A DNA stretch of 64,000 bases from Aeromonadaceae bacterium (GTDB lineage: Bacteria > Pseudomonadota > Gammaproteobacteria > Enterobacterales > Aeromonadaceae). The stretch lies in assembly GCA_041441555.1 (NCBI GenBank), contig JASDSW010000082.1:26140-90139 (forward strand). Direction: 5' to 3'. The notes below the pieces were generated by a model. The model searched no databases, was not told the origin of the DNA, and saw only the letters and a program-made list of their open reading frames with translations. Shown piece by piece: positions 1 to 10,483 of this stretch. The translations under genes were made by a program, and so were the position numbers. Every line of letters begins with the position of its first letter. Positions within the stretch are counted from its first letter, which is position 1.

Positions 1-547
1 CGGTATCAGTTCCCACCTCGCGCTGGGTAATCAGCGACCGATCGTGGCGGTGAACAAATTCAACCGGATCCTCGATGGTCAGGATGTGGCCATCGGTCGT
101 CCGGTTGCGGTAGCCGATCATCGCCGCCTGAGTGGTCGATTTACCCGCCCCCGTGGCCCCGACGAACAGGATCAACCCCCGCTTGGCAACCCCGATCTCC
201 CGCAGTATGCCCGGTAACATCAGTTCTTCGATGGTCGGGATCTCGGTGACAATCCGTCGCATGACCATACCCGGGCAGCCCATCTGCCAGAAACAGCTAA
301 CCCGGAAGCGGCCCAGCTCCGGCCGCTGGATCGCAAAGTTGGCCTCATGACTCTGGCAATAACGCTCGAAGGCAGCAGGAGTCATCACCTCGCGGATGAA
401 CTCGGTCACCATCTCGGCATCCAATCGCACCGACCCCAGAGGGGTCATCTTGCCGTTAACCTTCAGGCAGGGCTCAATCCCGACCGAGAGGAAGAGATCC
501 GAACCCTTTTGGTCAACCAACAGCTGAAGCAAGCCATCAATTTTCAT
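1..547 (-). CDS. pilU: Type IV pilus retraction ATPase PilU (3' end runs off the window)
   Basis: Manual translation from ATG at 547: MKIDGLLQLLVDQKGSDLFLSVG...GLILFVGATGAGKSTT...HILTIEDPVEFVH; directly downstream of pilT. Confidence 0.93.
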   Translation of the reverse strand, partial: MKIDGLLQLLVDQKGSDLFLSVGIEPCLKVNGKMTPLGSVRLDAEMVTEFIREVMTPAAFERYCQSHEANFAIQRPELGRFRVSCFWQMGCPGMVMRRIVTEIPTIEELMLPGILREIGVAKRGLILFVGATGAGKSTTQAAMIGYRNRTTDGHILTIEDPVEFVHRHDRSLITQREVGTDT

Positions 548-557
548 GCTCTGTTCC

Positions 558-1592
558 TTAGATACTATTCGGATCCATGGCCTTGGTCTTGGCATCAGCT
601 GCCGTGACGAGGCCTCGATTCACCAACTGCTTGAGACACTGATCCATGGTCTGCATGCCATGAATCATCCCTGTCTGAATCACAGAGTACATCTGGGCAA
701 TCTTGTCTTCCCGGATCAGGTTACGAATCGCCGGGATGCCGATCATGATCTCGTGAGCCGCCACACGGCCGCCGCCAACCCGCTTGAGCAGGGTCTGTGA
801 GATAACGGCCCGCAGGGATTCGGACAACATGGAACGCACCATGTCCTTTTCCGCCCCCGGGAATACGTCGATGATACGGTCGATGGTCTTGGCGGCCGAG
901 CTGGTGTGCAGGGTCCCGAAAACCAGGTGACCGGTTTCTGCGGCAGTCAGTGCCAGACGGATGGTTTCCAAATCCCGCATTTCCCCCACCAGAACGATAT
1001 CCGGGTCTTCACGCAACGCGGAACGCAAGGCGTTGCTGAAACCGAGGGTGTCGCGGTGTACTTCCCGCTGGTTGATCAAGCAGCGCTTGTTCTCGTGTAC
1101 GAATTCGATCGGGTCTTCAATGGTCAGGATGTGGTGGTGATAGGACTCGTTGATGTAGTCGATCATCGCCGCCAGGGTGGTGGACTTACCCGAGCCGGTC
1201 GGCCCGGTCACCAGCACCAGACCCCGCGGATATTCGGAGATCTGCCGGAATATCTCCGGTGCGCCCAACTCATCCAGACTGAGCACCAGGCTGGGGATGG
1301 TCCGGAACACGGCGGCCACACCGCGATTCTGATGGAAGGCGTTGACCCGGAAGCGGGCCAGGTTCGGAACTTCAAATGAGAAGTCGACCTCCAGGTTCTC
1401 TTCGAGCTCCTTGCGTTGATGGTCGTTCATGATGTCATAGACCAGGCTATGCACCTGGCGATGTTCCAAGGCGGGCAAGTTGATTTTCCGCACATCGCCA
1501 TCCACCCGGATCATCGGAGGCACACCCGCAGAGAGGTGTAGATCCGAAGCTTTATGTTTTACACTAAACGCCAATAATTCTGTGATATCCAT
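558..1592 (-). CDS. pilT: Type IV pilus retraction ATPase PilT
   Basis: MDITELLAFSVKHKASDLHLS, Walker A GPTGSGKS, AIRNLIRE motif. Confidence 0.97.
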   Translation of the reverse strand: MDITELLAFSVKHKASDLHLSAGVPPMIRVDGDVRKINLPALEHRQVHSLVYDIMNDHQRKELEENLEVDFSFEVPNLARFRVNAFHQNRGVAAVFRTIPSLVLSLDELGAPEIFRQISEYPRGLVLVTGPTGSGKSTTLAAMIDYINESYHHHILTIEDPIEFVHENKRCLINQREVHRDTLGFSNALRSALREDPDIVLVGEMRDLETIRLALTAAETGHLVFGTLHTSSAAKTIDRIIDVFPGAEKDMVRSMLSESLRAVISQTLLKRVGGGRVAAHEIMIGIPAIRNLIREDKIAQMYSVIQTGMIHGMQTMDQCLKQLVNRGLVTAADAKTKAMDPNSI

Positions 1593-1635
1593 GTGTTAAC
1601 CCACTCTTCGTCAATCCAGGCTTTTGCAAAATATG

Positions 1636-2340
1636 ATGAGCGACATCGCCCAACAGCTACTACAGGTTCAAAAACGTATCGCCGACGCGGCCAACCTGGC
1701 AGGGCGCGCCGAGACAGAGATTCAATTGCTGGCGGTTAGTAAAACAAAACCACTCACCGCAATTCAAGCGGCATATCAAGCCGGACAACGCCGCTTTGGC
1801 GAATCCTATGTTCAGGAGGCCGTCACCAAAGTCCAGGCTCTGCGCGCGGCAGGAGTCACGGATCTGGAGTGGCACTTCATCGGCCCCGTGCAATCCAACA
1901 AGACACGCCCCATCGCCGAACATTTCGACTGGGTCGATAGCGTGGATCGCCTGAAAATTGCCGAACGGCTCAATGCGCAACGCCCCGACGAGCTGGCGCC
2001 GCTGAATATCTGTATTCAGGTCAATATTAGCGGAGAAAGCCAGAAATCAGGTACGACCGAGGCCGAAGTTTTGCATCTCGCCGAACAGATTGCGCAACTT
2101 CCACGACTGAAATTACGCGGCTTGATGGCCATCGCCGAAAATACGCCCGATGATGCCGTACTCCGCGAGAGTTTTTTGCGTCTGAAGCAGATTTTCTCCA
2201 CACTGCAACAACAATTTCCCGCCATGGACACACTGTCCATGGGTATGACCCACGATCTCGAAGTTGCGGTTGCTTGTGGTAGCAGCCAGGTACGCATCGG
2301 TACCGCCATCTTCGGGGCCCGAGATGACAGGCAGGACTAA
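1636..2340 (+). CDS. yggS: PLP homeostasis protein YggS
   Basis: LLAVSKTKP, WHFIGPVQSNK, LSMGMT, VRIGTAIFG; divergent from pilT, upstream of proC. Confidence 0.95.
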   Translation: MSDIAQQLLQVQKRIADAANLAGRAETEIQLLAVSKTKPLTAIQAAYQAGQRRFGESYVQEAVTKVQALRAAGVTDLEWHFIGPVQSNKTRPIAEHFDWVDSVDRLKIAERLNAQRPDELAPLNICIQVNISGESQKSGTTEAEVLHLAEQIAQLPRLKLRGLMAIAENTPDDAVLRESFLRLKQIFSTLQQQFPAMDTLSMGMTHDLEVAVACGSSQVRIGTAIFGARDDRQD

Positions 2341-3164
2341 TGGAACAGCGCACAATTGCTTTTATTGGCGGCGGCAACATGGCTCGCAGCCTCATCAGCG
2401 GCTTGCTCAATGCAGGCCATCCAGCCGAACGCATCCATGTCACCGATCTGGATCAGGACAAGCTGGCCGCCTTGAGTGACGAGTTTGGCATTCAGACCAG
2501 CACCGATAATGCCGCTGCGGCCAGAGCCGCCGAGGTCCTAGTATTGGCCGTCAAACCCCAGTTCATGGCCGAGATGCTCGAGGCGCTGACCCGCGAGCTG
2601 GGTAGCTATGGTGACAAGCTGGTGCTCTCCATCGCCGCCGGCATCCGGATCGCCCGCCTGAGCTGCCTGCTCGGCGGCCATCGCAACATAGTGCGAGCCA
2701 TGCCGAATACGCCGGCCCTGATCGGCCTGGGCATGACCGGGCTTTACGCGCCAGGTGATGTCAGCGTCACCGACTGCACCTTCGCCGAGCAGATGCTGCA
2801 GGCGGTCGGGCAAACCGTCTGGGTCGCCAGCGAAGCCGGCCTGAACAACGTGATCGCCGCCTCCGGCTCGGCCCCGGCCTATTTCTTCCTCTTCATGCAG
2901 TTGATGGCCGAAGAGGCAGAGCGCATGGGCTTCTCGGCAGAACAGGCTCGCCTGCTGGTGCAGCAGACGGCACTGGGTTCGGCCCAGATGGTGATCGACA
3001 ACCCGCAGCTGGATCTGGAGACGCTGCGCGCCCAGGTCACGTCCAAGGGCGGCACCACGGCCGAAGCTGTCCGTTCATTTCAGGAGCAGGGGCTGGCCAA
3101 TCTGGTCAGTGAGGCAATGCGGGCGGCGGTCAAACGCGCCGAAGAGATGGAACAACTGTTTTAA
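2340..3164 (+). CDS. proC: Pyrroline-5-carboxylate reductase
   Basis: IAFIGGGNMA, RAMPNTP, SGSAPAYF, VTSKGGTT. Confidence 0.97.
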   Translation: MEQRTIAFIGGGNMARSLISGLLNAGHPAERIHVTDLDQDKLAALSDEFGIQTSTDNAAAARAAEVLVLAVKPQFMAEMLEALTRELGSYGDKLVLSIAAGIRIARLSCLLGGHRNIVRAMPNTPALIGLGMTGLYAPGDVSVTDCTFAEQMLQAVGQTVWVASEAGLNNVIAASGSAPAYFFLFMQLMAEEAERMGFSAEQARLLVQQTALGSAQMVIDNPQLDLETLRAQVTSKGGTTAEAVRSFQEQGLANLVSEAMRAAVKRAEEMEQLF

Positions 3165-3172
3165 GGATCCCT

Positions 3173-3730
3173 ATGCAGGCTATCGTTTTCTTACTCAACG
3201 CCCTGTTCGACATCTACCTGATGATAGTGTTGCTGCGCGTCTGGCTGCAGTGGGCCCGGGCTGACTTCTATAACCCGCTGAGCCAGTTTGTCGTCAAGGC
3301 CACCCATCCGATTCTGGCGCCAATGCGCCGCGTCATCCCGAGCCTTGGCGGCCTAGATCTGGCCGCCGTACTGCTGGCCTTGATCGTCGCGGTGCTGAAA
3401 TTTACCACCCTGACCCTGTTGCTAGGCGCCCCGTTCCAACCTGTGGTGATGCTGATCTTTAGTCTGCTGCTGGTCGTAAAACAGGCTGGAACCTTGCTGT
3501 TCTGGATGTTGGTACTGCGTGCAATCCTAAGCTGGGTCAGTCAGGGGCGCAGCCCGGTCGACTATGTGCTGCTGCAATTGACCGAACCGATGCTAGCACC
3601 AATTCGTCGCATCATTCCCCACTTAGGTGGGCTGGATCTCTCGGTGCTGGTGCTGTTCCTGATCCTGCAGGCGGTGAACATATTCCTCTCGACCTCGGGG
3701 TGGATTGGCCTCATCTGGACTCAGCTCTAA
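3173..3730 (+). CDS. yggT: YggT family membrane protein
   Basis: [17 protein letters not shown], two YGGT repeats; synteny with proC. Confidence 0.93.
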   Translation: MQAIVFLLNALFDIYLMIVLLRVWLQWARADFYNPLSQFVVKATHPILAPMRRVIPSLGGLDLAAVLLALIVAVLKFTTLTLLLGAPFQPVVMLIFSLLLVVKQAGTLLFWMLVLRAILSWVSQGRSPVDYVLLQLTEPMLAPIRRIIPHLGGLDLSVLVLFLILQAVNIFLSTSGWIGLIWTQL

Positions 3731-4032
3731 TGGTGGCAGTACGCCAGGAGGGAGATGAACTTTGGCTGGATCTGTTTATCCAGCCAAAGGCCAGCCGTGA
3801 CCAGATCCAGGGGGAACACGGCGACGAGCTGAAAGTCGCCATCACGGCCCCCCCGGTCGATGGTCAGGCCAATAGCCATCTCATCAAATACCTGGCCAAA
3901 CAGTTCAAGGTTGCCAAGGGGCAAGTCCAGATAGTGCGCGGGGAGCTGGGACGACACAAGACGGTGACCATTCATGCCCCCAAGCAGTTGCCCCAGGAGA
4001 TTGCCCTCTTGCTGGCAGAGAAGAGCGCTTAG
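3730..4032 (+). CDS. yggU: DUF167 family protein YggU
   Basis: [28 protein letters not shown]; ATG overlaps the yggT stop. Confidence 0.93.
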   Translation: MVAVRQEGDELWLDLFIQPKASRDQIQGEHGDELKVAITAPPVDGQANSHLIKYLAKQFKVAKGQVQIVRGELGRHKTVTIHAPKQLPQEIALLLAEKSA

Positions 4033-4060
4033 CTCCGCTAGCCCAATGACATCGAGATGT

Positions 4061-4089
4061 AAGAAGGGCGCCATTGGCGCCCTTCTTTT
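4061..4089. terminator. Likely bidirectional intrinsic terminator between yggU and plsC
   Basis: AAGAAGGGCGCCA-T-TGGCGCCCTTCTT inverted repeat followed by T run. Confidence 0.75.
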
Positions 4090-4131
4090 ATCCAGTGTCT
4101 CTCGGTTATCCGGTGATAAAGCTGGCCTCGC

Positions 4132-4854
4132 TCAGGCGCCGTGCACCTGGTGATCCAGCTCTTGCAGCTTGGCCTTCATCAGCTCGCGCACATGATCGGC
4201 ACACTCCCGCACCTGATCGCGCTCCCAGCCTGCCGGATCAATCGGCGGCAGCATCTCAATGTGCACCTCGCCGTTATCCCAACGGTTCAGATCGATCTGC
4301 TTGGCATAGCTGGTCGCGACCACGGGCACAATCGGTACCCCAGCTTGCATCGCGGTATGGAAGGCGCCGGTCTTGAACGGCAGCAGGCCGCGCCCCCGAG
4401 AACGAGTGCCCTCCGGGAACATCCAGATGGAGATCCGGCGGGAGCGGATCTTGTCGACGACCTGGCGAATGGTATCGATGGCGCGAGAGCGGTTGCTGCG
4501 ATCGATCAGAATGTTGCCCGACAGATAAAACAAGATGCCAAACAGCGGTAACCAGACCAGGCTCTTCTTGCCCACGGCGACCACGCCCGGCTGCACGGCA
4601 CCGGTCAGGACTATGATGTCCCAGTTGGTCTGGTGATTGGCCACATAGACGGCGGGTCCCAACCCCTTGCACTCCTCCGGAATGGTCACCTTGACCTTGA
4701 TGCCCAGCAACGGATAGACCTTGTGCATCATGCGGTTGGAAAGCCAATAAACGTTGGTCGGATGGCGGGGGCGCAGCACACAGATGAGTAAGCCAAACAC
4801 AAACCAGACCAGCATCAAGGCGCCCAACAAGCCCAGTCGCAGAATTTTCAGCAT
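4132..4854 (-). CDS. plsC: 1-acyl-sn-glycerol-3-phosphate acyltransferase
   Basis: NHQTNWD (HxxxxD) and FPEGTRS motifs. Confidence 0.95.
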   Translation of the reverse strand: MLKILRLGLLGALMLVWFVFGLLICVLRPRHPTNVYWLSNRMMHKVYPLLGIKVKVTIPEECKGLGPAVYVANHQTNWDIIVLTGAVQPGVVAVGKKSLVWLPLFGILFYLSGNILIDRSNRSRAIDTIRQVVDKIRSRRISIWMFPEGTRSRGRGLLPFKTGAFHTAMQAGVPIVPVVATSYAKQIDLNRWDNGEVHIEMLPPIDPAGWERDQVRECADHVRELMKAKLQELDHQVHGA

Positions 4855-5047
4855 AAGGATCCCTCTTTTTCGAAGGCGGACAGTATAGCATCGCCGTCCA
4901 TGGCTCACAGCCTCCGGCTGGAGAGAAACCGTTTTTTGCCTCTTGGGGCGCAGTCGTGCGCCGCCTCACTCCCCCATGGTGTCATACTGGAGCTTCGCCG
5001 CCGGCTCAGGGTAGACTCGCGCCATCAATAGATCGTTGGAGTCTGTT

Positions 5048-5773
5048 ATGCCGTTTTCTCTTCTCTCACGACTGCCTGGCTATGGTCTGTTGCTGGTGTG
5101 GACCATGATGGGCTGCGGTTGTGCCACCCAGCAGCCCGAGCCCCCTGCCAGCCAGAGCGTGGACGTCAGCAGCGGGCGAGCTCGCTTCGTCGGCCCCATC
5201 GATTGGGACGCCGTGCATCGCCTGCAGAGCCTGGTGAAGGGGAAGAAAATCCGCATCCTGGAGGTCGACACCCGCGGCGGCAACACAGAGGCTGCCATCG
5301 CTCTGGGCTACTGGATCCACCAGCAACAAATAAATCTGGAGGTTCGCCGCCTCTGCCTGGGCAGCTGCGCCAACTACTGGTTTACCGCCGCCCGCAAGAA
5401 GCTGATCCAGCCGGGGGCCATCGTCGCCTGGCAGGGCAACCTGCACTACCAACTCCTGCAGCATGAACAGCCGGATCAGTTCTCGCCCCCCGCGAAACCC
5501 TTGAGTAGTGAGGCGTTGCCTCAGCTCCGCCAGCAGGTCTCCTTGGAGCAACTCTTCTTCCAACAGATCGGGGTGGATGAACGGGTTTGCTGGATCGGCA
5601 AACTTCCCCCCTACAACGCCGCAGGCTATTTCGTGTTGCCGCCGGAGGATCTGCGCCGTTTTGGCATCCACGAGGTGCTCACCGAGATCGACTACTCAGC
5701 CCGCAGCGTCGCGACCTGGCACAGCCGCATCCCGGTCCAGAAGGTGGTGTTGCCATTCGGCGGCGCCATCTGA
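5048..5773 (+). CDS. Putative lipoprotein with ClpP/crotonase-like fold
   Basis: Hydrophobic N-terminus ending MMGCGC; F-x-G-x-I, DTRGG, CLGSCANY, AWQG pattern resembling periplasmic Clp-like proteins. Confidence 0.6.
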   Translation: MPFSLLSRLPGYGLLLVWTMMGCGCATQQPEPPASQSVDVSSGRARFVGPIDWDAVHRLQSLVKGKKIRILEVDTRGGNTEAAIALGYWIHQQQINLEVRRLCLGSCANYWFTAARKKLIQPGAIVAWQGNLHYQLLQHEQPDQFSPPAKPLSSEALPQLRQQVSLEQLFFQQIGVDERVCWIGKLPPYNAAGYFVLPPEDLRRFGIHEVLTEIDYSARSVATWHSRIPVQKVVLPFGGAI

Positions 5774-5928
5774 TGACACACATAGTCACTTGAAACTATT
5801 CACTTTTTCTGAAAGCGTATTCAAAATCGGATAGATAGACCCATGACGCAATTTCCGATCGGCGTGCTGGGCAAAACATGCTCGACGATTATGATGGTCC
5901 AGCGATCCTCGCTCTATGGACAGACATC

Positions 5929-7587
5929 ATGCGCCCAAACCGCCACTACTGGATGGCTTATGCCCTCTTCATCCTGATCTCGATCGGGATCCTGATGCTG
6001 GTCAGTGGCTATGTGGCCGACTGGCAGGTTCGCAACCGCAGTCAGGAGCTCTCCAGCGATCTGACCGCCCATGTCAACAACACCCTGGATGAGGCGGAAA
6101 GCCTGCTGTTGCTGCTGGCCGATCGCTCCCAAGGGCGTTGTACCGCCGAGAGCCTGCGTCTGATGCGCAGCCTGGTCTACGACTACGCCTATATCCGTGA
6201 GGCGGGCGTCGTCAACAAGGGGCAGCTGCGCTGCTCCTCCTGGGGCCGACACGAACCAGGCATCGCCGTCAACGAGCTCGATGCCCGCTTCATTCCCGGC
6301 CATTGGCGGCTGACCAACATCCACGGCTCCGAATTCCACGATCTCAACAATTACTCCAATGTGCTGGCGCTGGGCATCGAGGCCGACAAGGGGGTCAACC
6401 TGCTGCTCAACCAGCAGGAGTTTTTCCGTCCGCTGTTCAGCAGCGGCGAGGTGCCGGTTTCGGCGCTCATCACCATCCGCGCCAACCACCAACCGCTGGG
6501 CATGTTACTGCCGGACAAGGATCTCTTGATGTACGACGAGGCGTCCATCAAGGATGGGCTGCCCGGCTCGCGCTATAGCCTGGCCACCGAATCCCGTGAT
6601 GGACTGCTGCGCATCACCACCGAAGTGGATCCCAAGTACTTCTTCGCCGTCTGGGGATTACTGGCTCCCATCTTCATCGGCAGCGCCTTCATCTTCACCG
6701 CCTTGATGCTTGGTCTGTGGCACTTCATGAAGGCAGGACGAGGCTTCAGCCGCGAGATCAGTCGCGAGCTCAGCCGAGCCATTCGCAACCACGAGTTCGT
6801 CATTCACTACCTGCCCACCATGGACAATCACAGTGGCAACTGCATCGGCGCCGAAGCTCTGATCCGCTGGAACCACCCGCGGCAGGGGCTGGTGATGCCC
6901 GACATCTTCATTCCCATCGCCGAACGCACCGGCATGATAGTGCCCATGACCCAATGGCTGATTGAGCGCTTAGCCGAGGAGATGGGCGATTGGCTCAAGG
7001 CCAACCCGGAGTGCTACCTGTCGATCAACATCAGCGCCTCGCACTTCGAATCCCCCTTCTTTCTCAAGCGCGCCTATCAGACCCTGCATCGCCACGGCAT
7101 TGCCCCCAGCCAGCTGACCCTGGAGATCACCGAACGGGAGCTGATCGATGGCGCCAGCAACACCACTCGCAAGGTGCTGCAACTGGCCAACCAGTACGGC
7201 TTTAAGTTGGCGATCGACGATTTCGGCACCGGCTACAACAATCTGGCCCGCCTGTACGAATTCGGTTTCGAATTGATCAAGATCGATCGCAGCCTGGTGC
7301 GCATGGCCGTCGACAAGGCTGGCGGCGATCGAATATTTGACGCCGTCTTGACCGTCGCCAACGGCTATGGCGCTCCGGTTCTCGTCGAGGGGGTGGAGTC
7401 ACCCGCCGATGTGGCGTTTGTCGCCCATCGCGATATTCATAGCCTGCAGGGCTGGCTCTTCTCCAAGCCGATCAGCAGCGCGGAGTTCAAAAAGTTCCAT
7501 CAGCACCACACCGCCCATGACGCGGTCCGGCGCCCCATCAACCTGGCTCCTACTCCCTTGGGGGTCGCCACGGCGTTTGCCAAATAG
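5929..7587 (+). CDS. CSS-motif membrane-anchored EAL c-di-GMP phosphodiesterase
   Basis: TM, periplasmic region with GRCT...LRCSSWG, second TM, then EAL domain (GAEALIRW, SINIS, LEITE, DDFGTGY, VEGVE, QGWLFSKP). Confidence 0.9.
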   Translation: MRPNRHYWMAYALFILISIGILMLVSGYVADWQVRNRSQELSSDLTAHVNNTLDEAESLLLLLADRSQGRCTAESLRLMRSLVYDYAYIREAGVVNKGQLRCSSWGRHEPGIAVNELDARFIPGHWRLTNIHGSEFHDLNNYSNVLALGIEADKGVNLLLNQQEFFRPLFSSGEVPVSALITIRANHQPLGMLLPDKDLLMYDEASIKDGLPGSRYSLATESRDGLLRITTEVDPKYFFAVWGLLAPIFIGSAFIFTALMLGLWHFMKAGRGFSREISRELSRAIRNHEFVIHYLPTMDNHSGNCIGAEALIRWNHPRQGLVMPDIFIPIAERTGMIVPMTQWLIERLAEEMGDWLKANPECYLSINISASHFESPFFLKRAYQTLHRHGIAPSQLTLEITERELIDGASNTTRKVLQLANQYGFKLAIDDFGTGYNNLARLYEFGFELIKIDRSLVRMAVDKAGGDRIFDAVLTVANGYGAPVLVEGVESPADVAFVAHRDIHSLQGWLFSKPISSAEFKKFHQHHTAHDAVRRPINLAPTPLGVATAFAK

Positions 7588-7617
7588 GCTCACCCTGGAA
7601 CCGACAGAGAACGGGGA

Positions 7618-7884
7618 CTACTCGTCGGCCCAGGGCATCTCTGGCAAGGAGGCGAGAAAACCCGCGTAGCGCTGCTCGTTGAAGGGTTGGTCGAACTCCT
7701 CCATGGCCATGATCTCCGCCGCCAAGGCGCAGGCGATAAACTCGATGGCCTCCTCCTGGCTGAACCCGGTCATCCGCAACCGCATCAGGGTTGCCTTGAC
7801 CACCGCCGGATGGCCATCGACCAGTTGGTTCTCGACCGCCGTAAACAGCGCATCCTCATCAAAAAACTCGTTCGGTTCTGTCAT
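7618..7884 (-). CDS. Small acidic hypothetical protein
   Basis: GAAGAGG RBS before ATG; ALFTAVENQL...ATLMRL...PFNEQRY. Confidence 0.75.
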   Translation of the reverse strand: MTEPNEFFDEDALFTAVENQLVDGHPAVVKATLMRLRMTGFSQEEAIEFIACALAAEIMAMEEFDQPFNEQRYAGFLASLPEMPWADE

Positions 7885-7907
7885 CGCCTCTTCCATCATT
7901 CATCCAA

Positions 7908-7944
7908 ACAAAAGCCCGACACGGCACAAGTGCAGTGTCGGGCT
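7908..7944 (-). terminator. Intrinsic terminator after parC
   Basis: AGCCCGACAC...GTGTCGGGCT stem with T run on the minus strand. Confidence 0.6.
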
Positions 7945-7960
7945 CCACGCGTCATGCTAT

Positions 7961-10222
7961 TTAAACAGCGTCGCCGCTTTCAAGCTCAACCTTGTCCACC
8001 CGTTGCAGACCGCGCGGCAACTTGGCGCCACGCCTGCCACGCTCACCGCGGTAGAGATCCAGATCGGAAGGCTTGAGCGTCAGCTTGCGCTTGCCGGCAT
8101 GCAGGGTCACCGGTTGTCCCTGCGGAATCACCGCCACCTGAGTGACAAACTCTTCCCGACTGGCGACCCGGCTGCCGGGAATGCCGATCAACTTGTTGCC
8201 CTTGCCCTTGGCCAGCTCCGGCAACTCGGCCAACGGGAACAGTAGCATGCGCCCCTCATTGCTGATCACCAGACAGAGACTCTGCGCCACGTCGCCGATC
8301 CGTTGCGGCGCCATCACCTCACCACCTTCCGGCACGCTCAGCAACGCCTTACCACTCTTGTTCTTCGACACCAGATCGCCATAGCTGCAGATGAAGCCAT
8401 AACCGGCATCCGAGCAGATGAGGTAACGCTCATCGTCATTGCCCAGCAGCGCAAAGCGCGCCTGCTCCCCCGGATTCAGGGTGCAACGGCCGGTGAGGGG
8501 CTCCCCTTGCGAGCGAGCCGACGGCAACGTGTGCGCCTCCAGCGCATAGGTACGCCCCTGATTGGTCAGGAACACCGCCTGCTGATTGCTGCGCCCAATC
8601 GCCGAGGCGAGGAACTGATCCCCGGCCTTGTAGGCCAAACCGGTCACATCGACATCGTGGCCCTTGGCGGCGCGCACCCAGCCCATCTCGGAGAGGATGA
8701 CGGTCACCGGCTCGCTCGGCGTCAGCTCCTTCTCGCTCAGCGCCTTGGCCTCTTCCCGCTCGACCAGCGGCGAACGCCGTTCATCGCCATACTTCTCGGC
8801 ATCGGCCAGCAACTCCTTCTTCAGCAGCGTATTCATGCGCCGCTCGGAGCCCAGCAACTGCAACAGCTGATCGCGCTCCTTGGCCAACTCATCCTGTTCA
8901 CCCCGGATCTTCATCTCTTCCAGGCGGGCCAGTTGCCGCAACTTGGTATCGAGGATGTAATCGGCCTGCTCTTCGCTCAGGGCGAAGCGCGCCATCAACA
9001 CCGCCTTGGGCTCATCCTCGGTGCGGATAATGTGGATCACCTCATCCAGGTTGAGGTAGGCGATGAGCAAACCTTCCAACAGGTGCAGGCGCCGCTCCAC
9101 CTTGTCCAGCCGATGCTGCAGACGCCGCCGCACCGTCTCCCGACGGAACACCAGCCACTCACTGAGCAGGGTACGCAGATCCTTGACCTGCGGCAGGTTG
9201 TTGAGCCCCAGGATGTTCAGGTTGACGCGATAGCTCTTCTCCAGATCGGTGCTGGCGAACAGATGCTGCATCAGTTGCTCGGTATCCACCCGGTTGGAGC
9301 GCGGCACGATCACGATGCGGGTCGGGTTCTCATGGTCGGCCTCGTCACGCAGATCGGAGACCATCGGCAGCTTCTTGGCCTGCATCTGGGCGGCAATCTG
9401 CTCCAGGATCTTGGCGCCGGAGGCCTGATGCGGCAGTGCCGTGATGACGATCTCACCACTCTCCACCTGATAGACGGCCCGCATGCGGATCGACCCCTTG
9501 CCGCTCTCGTAGATCTTTCGGATCTCGTTACGCGGCGTGATGATTTCGGCACAGGTGGGGTAATCCGGCCCCTGGATGTGATTCATCAGCTCGCTCAGGG
9601 AGGCCGCCGGGTTGTCGAGCAGCTCGACACAGGCGTGGGCCACCTCGCGCGCATTGTGCGGCGGAATGTCGGTGGCCATGCCGACCGCGATGCCGGTCAC
9701 CCCGTTGAGCAGGATGTGGGGCAGACGAGCCGGCAAGAAGGCCGGCTCCTTCAGGGTGCCGTCAAAGTTCGGCGTCCACTCGACTGTCCCCTGCTCCAGC
9801 TCGGCCAGCAACACCTCGGAGAACTTCGACAACCGCGCCTCGGTGTACCGCATGGCCGCAAACGACTTGGGATCATCCGGTGCCCCCCAGTTGCCCTGAC
9901 CATCCACCAGCGGATAGCGGTACGAGAAGGGCTGCGCCATCAGCACCATGGCCTCATAACAGGCCAAATCCCCGTGGGGATGATACTTACCCAGCACGTC
10001 ACCGACGGTACGCGCCGACTTCTTGTGCTTGGCGAGGGCTGAAAGCCCCAATTCGCTCATCGCGTAGATGATGCGCCGTTGCACCGGCTTCAAACCATCG
10101 CTGATGTGCGGCAGGGCTCGATCCATGATCACGTACATGGAGTAGTTGAGGTAGGCCTGTTCGGTAAAGGTGCGCAGCGGAAGACGCTCCACCCCTTCGA
10201 GGCTCAGTTCGGCATCACTCAT
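7961..10222 (-). CDS. parC: DNA topoisomerase IV subunit A
   Basis: [33 protein letters not shown]. Confidence 0.97.
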   Translation of the reverse strand: MSDAELSLEGVERLPLRTFTEQAYLNYSMYVIMDRALPHISDGLKPVQRRIIYAMSELGLSALAKHKKSARTVGDVLGKYHPHGDLACYEAMVLMAQPFSYRYPLVDGQGNWGAPDDPKSFAAMRYTEARLSKFSEVLLAELEQGTVEWTPNFDGTLKEPAFLPARLPHILLNGVTGIAVGMATDIPPHNAREVAHACVELLDNPAASLSELMNHIQGPDYPTCAEIITPRNEIRKIYESGKGSIRMRAVYQVESGEIVITALPHQASGAKILEQIAAQMQAKKLPMVSDLRDEADHENPTRIVIVPRSNRVDTEQLMQHLFASTDLEKSYRVNLNILGLNNLPQVKDLRTLLSEWLVFRRETVRRRLQHRLDKVERRLHLLEGLLIAYLNLDEVIHIIRTEDEPKAVLMARFALSEEQADYILDTKLRQLARLEEMKIRGEQDELAKERDQLLQLLGSERRMNTLLKKELLADAEKYGDERRSPLVEREEAKALSEKELTPSEPVTVILSEMGWVRAAKGHDVDVTGLAYKAGDQFLASAIGRSNQQAVFLTNQGRTYALEAHTLPSARSQGEPLTGRCTLNPGEQARFALLGNDDERYLICSDAGYGFICSYGDLVSKNKSGKALLSVPEGGEVMAPQRIGDVAQSLCLVISNEGRMLLFPLAELPELAKGKGNKLIGIPGSRVASREEFVTQVAVIPQGQPVTLHAGKRKLTLKPSDLDLYRGERGRRGAKLPRGLQRVDKVELESGDAV

Positions 10223-10483
10223 GATTCTGTCTTAAATCCGGTTGACCACCCGCCTAATCGGGCAAGTGGCAATGATGACATGCAAGGGCCCTAGACTACC
10301 ATCGGATGCATAAAAACTTGAGCCCTCACACGGGATTACAACTGGGATACAGGACAGATAGCAACAGCTGAGCCGCCAACCGAGAACACAACAATCTCCG
10401 TTTGAATCACACTGACGAACCCCGCATAATTGCCAACCGCAGATTGTGGACTGCAACAACTGGAATAACCAAGGATGACAGGG

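Noticed and set aside
8303-10042. 579-aa plus-strand ORF
   Set aside because: Antisense shadow of parC, expected from GC-rich codon bias; no motifs.
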